Shown here: positions 31,099 through 33,361 of the stretch, piece after piece
Layout of the letters: the number at the start of each line of letters is the position of its first letter
Numbering within the stretch: position 1 is the first letter of the stretch
Origin: Desulfobacterales bacterium
GTDB lineage: Bacteria; Desulfobacterota; Desulfobacteria; Desulfobacterales; UBA11574
Direction: 5' to 3'
NCBI GenBank assembly: GCA_030145595.1
Contig: JAQYVG010000003.1
Span: 1 to 33,361 of the forward strand
Length of the DNA: 33,361 bases
The notes under the pieces: model-generated
What the model was told of the DNA's origin: nothing
Seen by the model: only the letters and a program-made list of their open reading frames with translations
The model's database searches: none
Translations under genes and position numbers: made by a program

Positions 31099-33361
31099 TT
31101 AAAAACACAACGCACTCTTGATCTGGGCGTAAAGCTGATTGTTGTCAAATCCCATCAGTTCCGGTGCCTCGGAGGGACAGGCCGCCGAACAGGCTCCGCA
31201 GCCCTTGCAAAGGGCCGGATTCACTTCAGCCACAAATTTTTCTGCGTCAAAATCAATGGCATTAAAGGGACAGACATTAATGCATCCCAAGCATCCGGAA
31301 CAAAGCTCCGGAGCGATATGGGAGATTATGCCGCCCAGCATGATTTCTTTTTTGGCCAGAACCGTGACGGCTCTGGCGGCCGCGGCCTGAGCCTGGGTAA
31401 TCGATTCATCGATGGTTTTGGGCGCATGGGCCAGCCCGCAGACAAAGACACCGTCCGTGGCAAAATCGACCGGCCGGAGTTTGACATGGGCTTCTGCAAA
31501 AAAGCCGTCTTGATTCAGGGGCACTTTATAAAGCTGCGCCAGTGGAGTTTTTGCAGCCGGTACGATGGCGGAAGCCAGAATTAACAGGTCCGGTCGAATT
31601 TCCATCAGACGACCTAACACCCTGTCGGAGAACGCAACCTTAAGATCTTCTTGCTCTGCTTCCACGGTTAAATCTTTATCCGAGTCGTAGCGGATAAAAA
31701 CAATTCCGGCCGATCGTGCCTGCCGGTATAGATCCTCTCGCAACCCGTAGGGGCGCATATCCCGGTACAGAATATAAACATCCATGCCGGGATTTTGCTC
31801 TTTGAGATTCAGGGCGCTTTTGATGGATTGTGTACAGCAGACCTTGGAGCAGTAGGGACGCTCCGGGATGCGCGAGCCGACACATTGGATAAAAACAGCC
31901 GATTTAAAATTTTCCAAAGCAGGATCATTTTCGATAAACCGTTTTTGCAATTCCAGCCCGGTAACCACGCGGGGATCCTGTCCGTATAAATACTGGTCCG
32001 GTTTGAGTTCTGAAGCTCCGGAAGCAATGATGGTTACCCCGTGCTCCAACACGCTGCTGCTGCCGTTGCTTTGGATGGTTGTTTTAAAATTGCCGACAAA
32101 CCCTTCCACCTGTTGAATCTTTGCATTCAAAAAGGTCTCGATGTTATTGTCCGACCCGACGGCACTGGTTAACTCGTTAAGGTGCTGCTGAACATTCTCG
32201 CCGCGCCAGGTTTCATGCAGAGACCGCGCCTGTCCGCCTAAAGCGTCTGTTTTTTCAACCAGAAAAGTCTTGAATCCCTGCTGGGCCATATTTTGGGCCG
32301 CCGCCATGCCGGCAACACCGCCGCCGATTACCAAAACCGACTGGGTAACCGCCATAGTCGATTCTGTCAGAGGCTGTAAAAGCACTGCTTTGGCCACCGC
32401 CATTCTGACCATATCTTTTGATTTTTTCGTGGCTTCTTCAGGATCGTATTTATGGACCCAGGAGCACTGGTTGCGGATGTTGCTCATCTCGAACAGATAT
32501 TTATTTACACCGGCGTTAATCAAAGTTTCCTGAAACAGCGGTTCGTGAGTTTTGGGAGTACAGGCGGCCACAACCACCCGATTGAGGTTATGCTCTTTAA
32601 CGACCTCGGTTATTTTTTCCTGGGTGTCCTGGGAGCAGCTGAACAGGTTTTCCTCGACATAGGCCACACCGGGCAGACTCTTGGCAAACTCCACCACGGC
32701 CGGAACATCGACGAAGGCTGCAATATTGGTACCGCAGCGACAGACAAAAACACCGACCCGGGGAGGCTCGCCACGCACATCGATCTCTGCGGGGACATCT
32801 TTGGTTTTCGTGAGGGTCCAGCGGGCTTCGGCCAGCCGGCTTCCCACCACGCCCGCGGCGGCACTGGAATCGACCACCGACGCCGGGATATCCTTGGGGG
32901 CCTCAAAAGCACCGCAAACATAAATGCCCGGCTGGTTACTTTCGACCGGTGCAAAGCTGCTGGTTTTGGCAAAATTATAGTGGTCCATATCAACACCCAG
33001 CCTTTGGGCCAACTCCACCCCTTCCGGACTCACCATCAGGCCGATTGACAACACTACTATATCAAATCCCTCTTCAACCCGTTTGCCGGCCTCATCCACA
33101 TAACGGATCAGAAGTTTGCCGGTTTCATCATCTGGAATCACGTTGGTGACCTTGGATTTGACGAATCGGACGCCGACTTCATCCTTGGCGCGGTTGTAAT
33201 AGCGCTCAAAGTCTTTGCCGTAAGTGCGGATGTCGATATAAAATATGGCGGCGTCAAGGTCTTCGGCAGCGTGATCTTTAGCCAGCATGGCTTCTTTGAT
33301 GGCATATGTACAGCAGACTCCGGAACAATACCCATGGGCACCCAGATGTTCGTCCCGTGAT
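31099..33361 (-). CDS. hdrA: Heterodisulfide reductase subunit A-like flavoprotein, tandem-duplicated HdrA; 5' end lies beyond the window
   Basis: The frame is open to base 33361 ('SRDEHLGAHGYCSGVCCTYAIKEA' precedes the listed Met). Second module: 'VGVFVCRCGTNI' N-domain, 'VIGGGVAGMAAAQ' FAD site, 'YCSKVCC', and a C-terminal 2x[4Fe-4S] region 'CSGCLGCINVCP...CKGCGACSAACP'. Confidence 0.88.
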   Translation of the reverse strand, partial: SRDEHLGAHGYCSGVCCTYAIKEAMLAKDHAAEDLDAAIFYIDIRTYGKDFERYYNRAKDEVGVRFVKSKVTNVIPDDETGKLLIRYVDEAGKRVEEGFDIVVLSIGLMVSPEGVELAQRLGVDMDHYNFAKTSSFAPVESNQPGIYVCGAFEAPKDIPASVVDSSAAAGVVGSRLAEARWTLTKTKDVPAEIDVRGEPPRVGVFVCRCGTNIAAFVDVPAVVEFAKSLPGVAYVEENLFSCSQDTQEKITEVVKEHNLNRVVVAACTPKTHEPLFQETLINAGVNKYLFEMSNIRNQCSWVHKYDPEEATKKSKDMVRMAVAKAVLLQPLTESTMAVTQSVLVIGGGVAGMAAAQNMAQQGFKTFLVEKTDALGGQARSLHETWRGENVQQHLNELTSAVGSDNNIETFLNAKIQQVEGFVGNFKTTIQSNGSSSVLEHGVTIIASGASELKPDQYLYGQDPRVVTGLELQKRFIENDPALENFKSAVFIQCVGSRIPERPYCSKVCCTQSIKSALNLKEQNPGMDVYILYRDMRPYGLREDLYRQARSAGIVFIRYDSDKDLTVEAEQEDLKVAFSDRVLGRLMEIRPDLLILASAIVPAAKTPLAQLYKVPLNQDGFFAEAHVKLRPVDFATDGVFVCGLAHAPKTIDESITQAQAAAARAVTVLAKKEIMLGGIISHIAPELCSGCLGCINVCPFNAIDFDAEKFVAEVNPALCKGCGACSAACPSEAPELMGFDNNQLYAQIKSALCF

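Noticed and set aside
30853-31584. 243-aa plus-strand ORF antisense to mvhD/hdrA, together with 32452..33048 (198 aa) and 31139..31390
   Set aside because: These ORFs lie entirely antisense to genes with unmistakable HdrA/MvhD motifs. Their composition is Gly/Arg-rich and low in complexity, as is typical of antisense frames.
31099-33361. Selenocysteine codon in hdrA (some HdrA homologues are selenoproteins)
   Set aside because: The visible reading frame is uninterrupted and the conserved 'CSxVCC' positions are Cys in both modules. The unseen N-terminal part cannot be assessed.

Overview
Chromosomal window that looks like a sulfate-reducing Desulfobacterota (Desulfobacterales-like) genome. 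That taxon call is an inference from gene content only. Left to right: (1) a partial metallophosphoesterase. (2) A divergent sigma-54 module: a GAF-AAA+ enhancer-binding protein faces a consensus -24/-12 promoter that precedes an Arg-rich 67-aa ORF, an atypical GAF-cyclase and an SDR-fusion protein. (3) A small accessory islet with a RelE/ParE remnant, a phd-vapC toxin-antitoxin pair and a DDE/rve transposase. (4) A Gate-domain membrane protein and a GT4 glycosyltransferase. (5) A minus-strand five-gene phospho-threonine signalling cluster (FHA-GAF-adenylate cyclase, vWA-TM-FHA, CHASE2-Ser/Thr kinase, PP2C, tandem-FHA protein), divergent from a CAP-type cNMP-binding-like protein. (6) A hypothetical protein coupled to a PlsC-type acyltransferase, GC-rich tandem repeats, and an Fmt/FDH-N-like formyltransferase. 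(7) A histidine kinase, sigma-54 response regulator and archaemetzincin operon, followed by a second consensus sigma-54 promoter in front of a Cys-rich GcvH-like protein. (8) A formate dehydrogenase / MvhD / HdrA operon. It has two in-frame UGA (selenocysteine) codons that the ORF track splits into separate ORFs, and a tandem-duplicated HdrA that runs off the right edge. No rRNA, tRNA or CRISPR array was seen. All functional calls come from motif recognition by eye. No database search was run.
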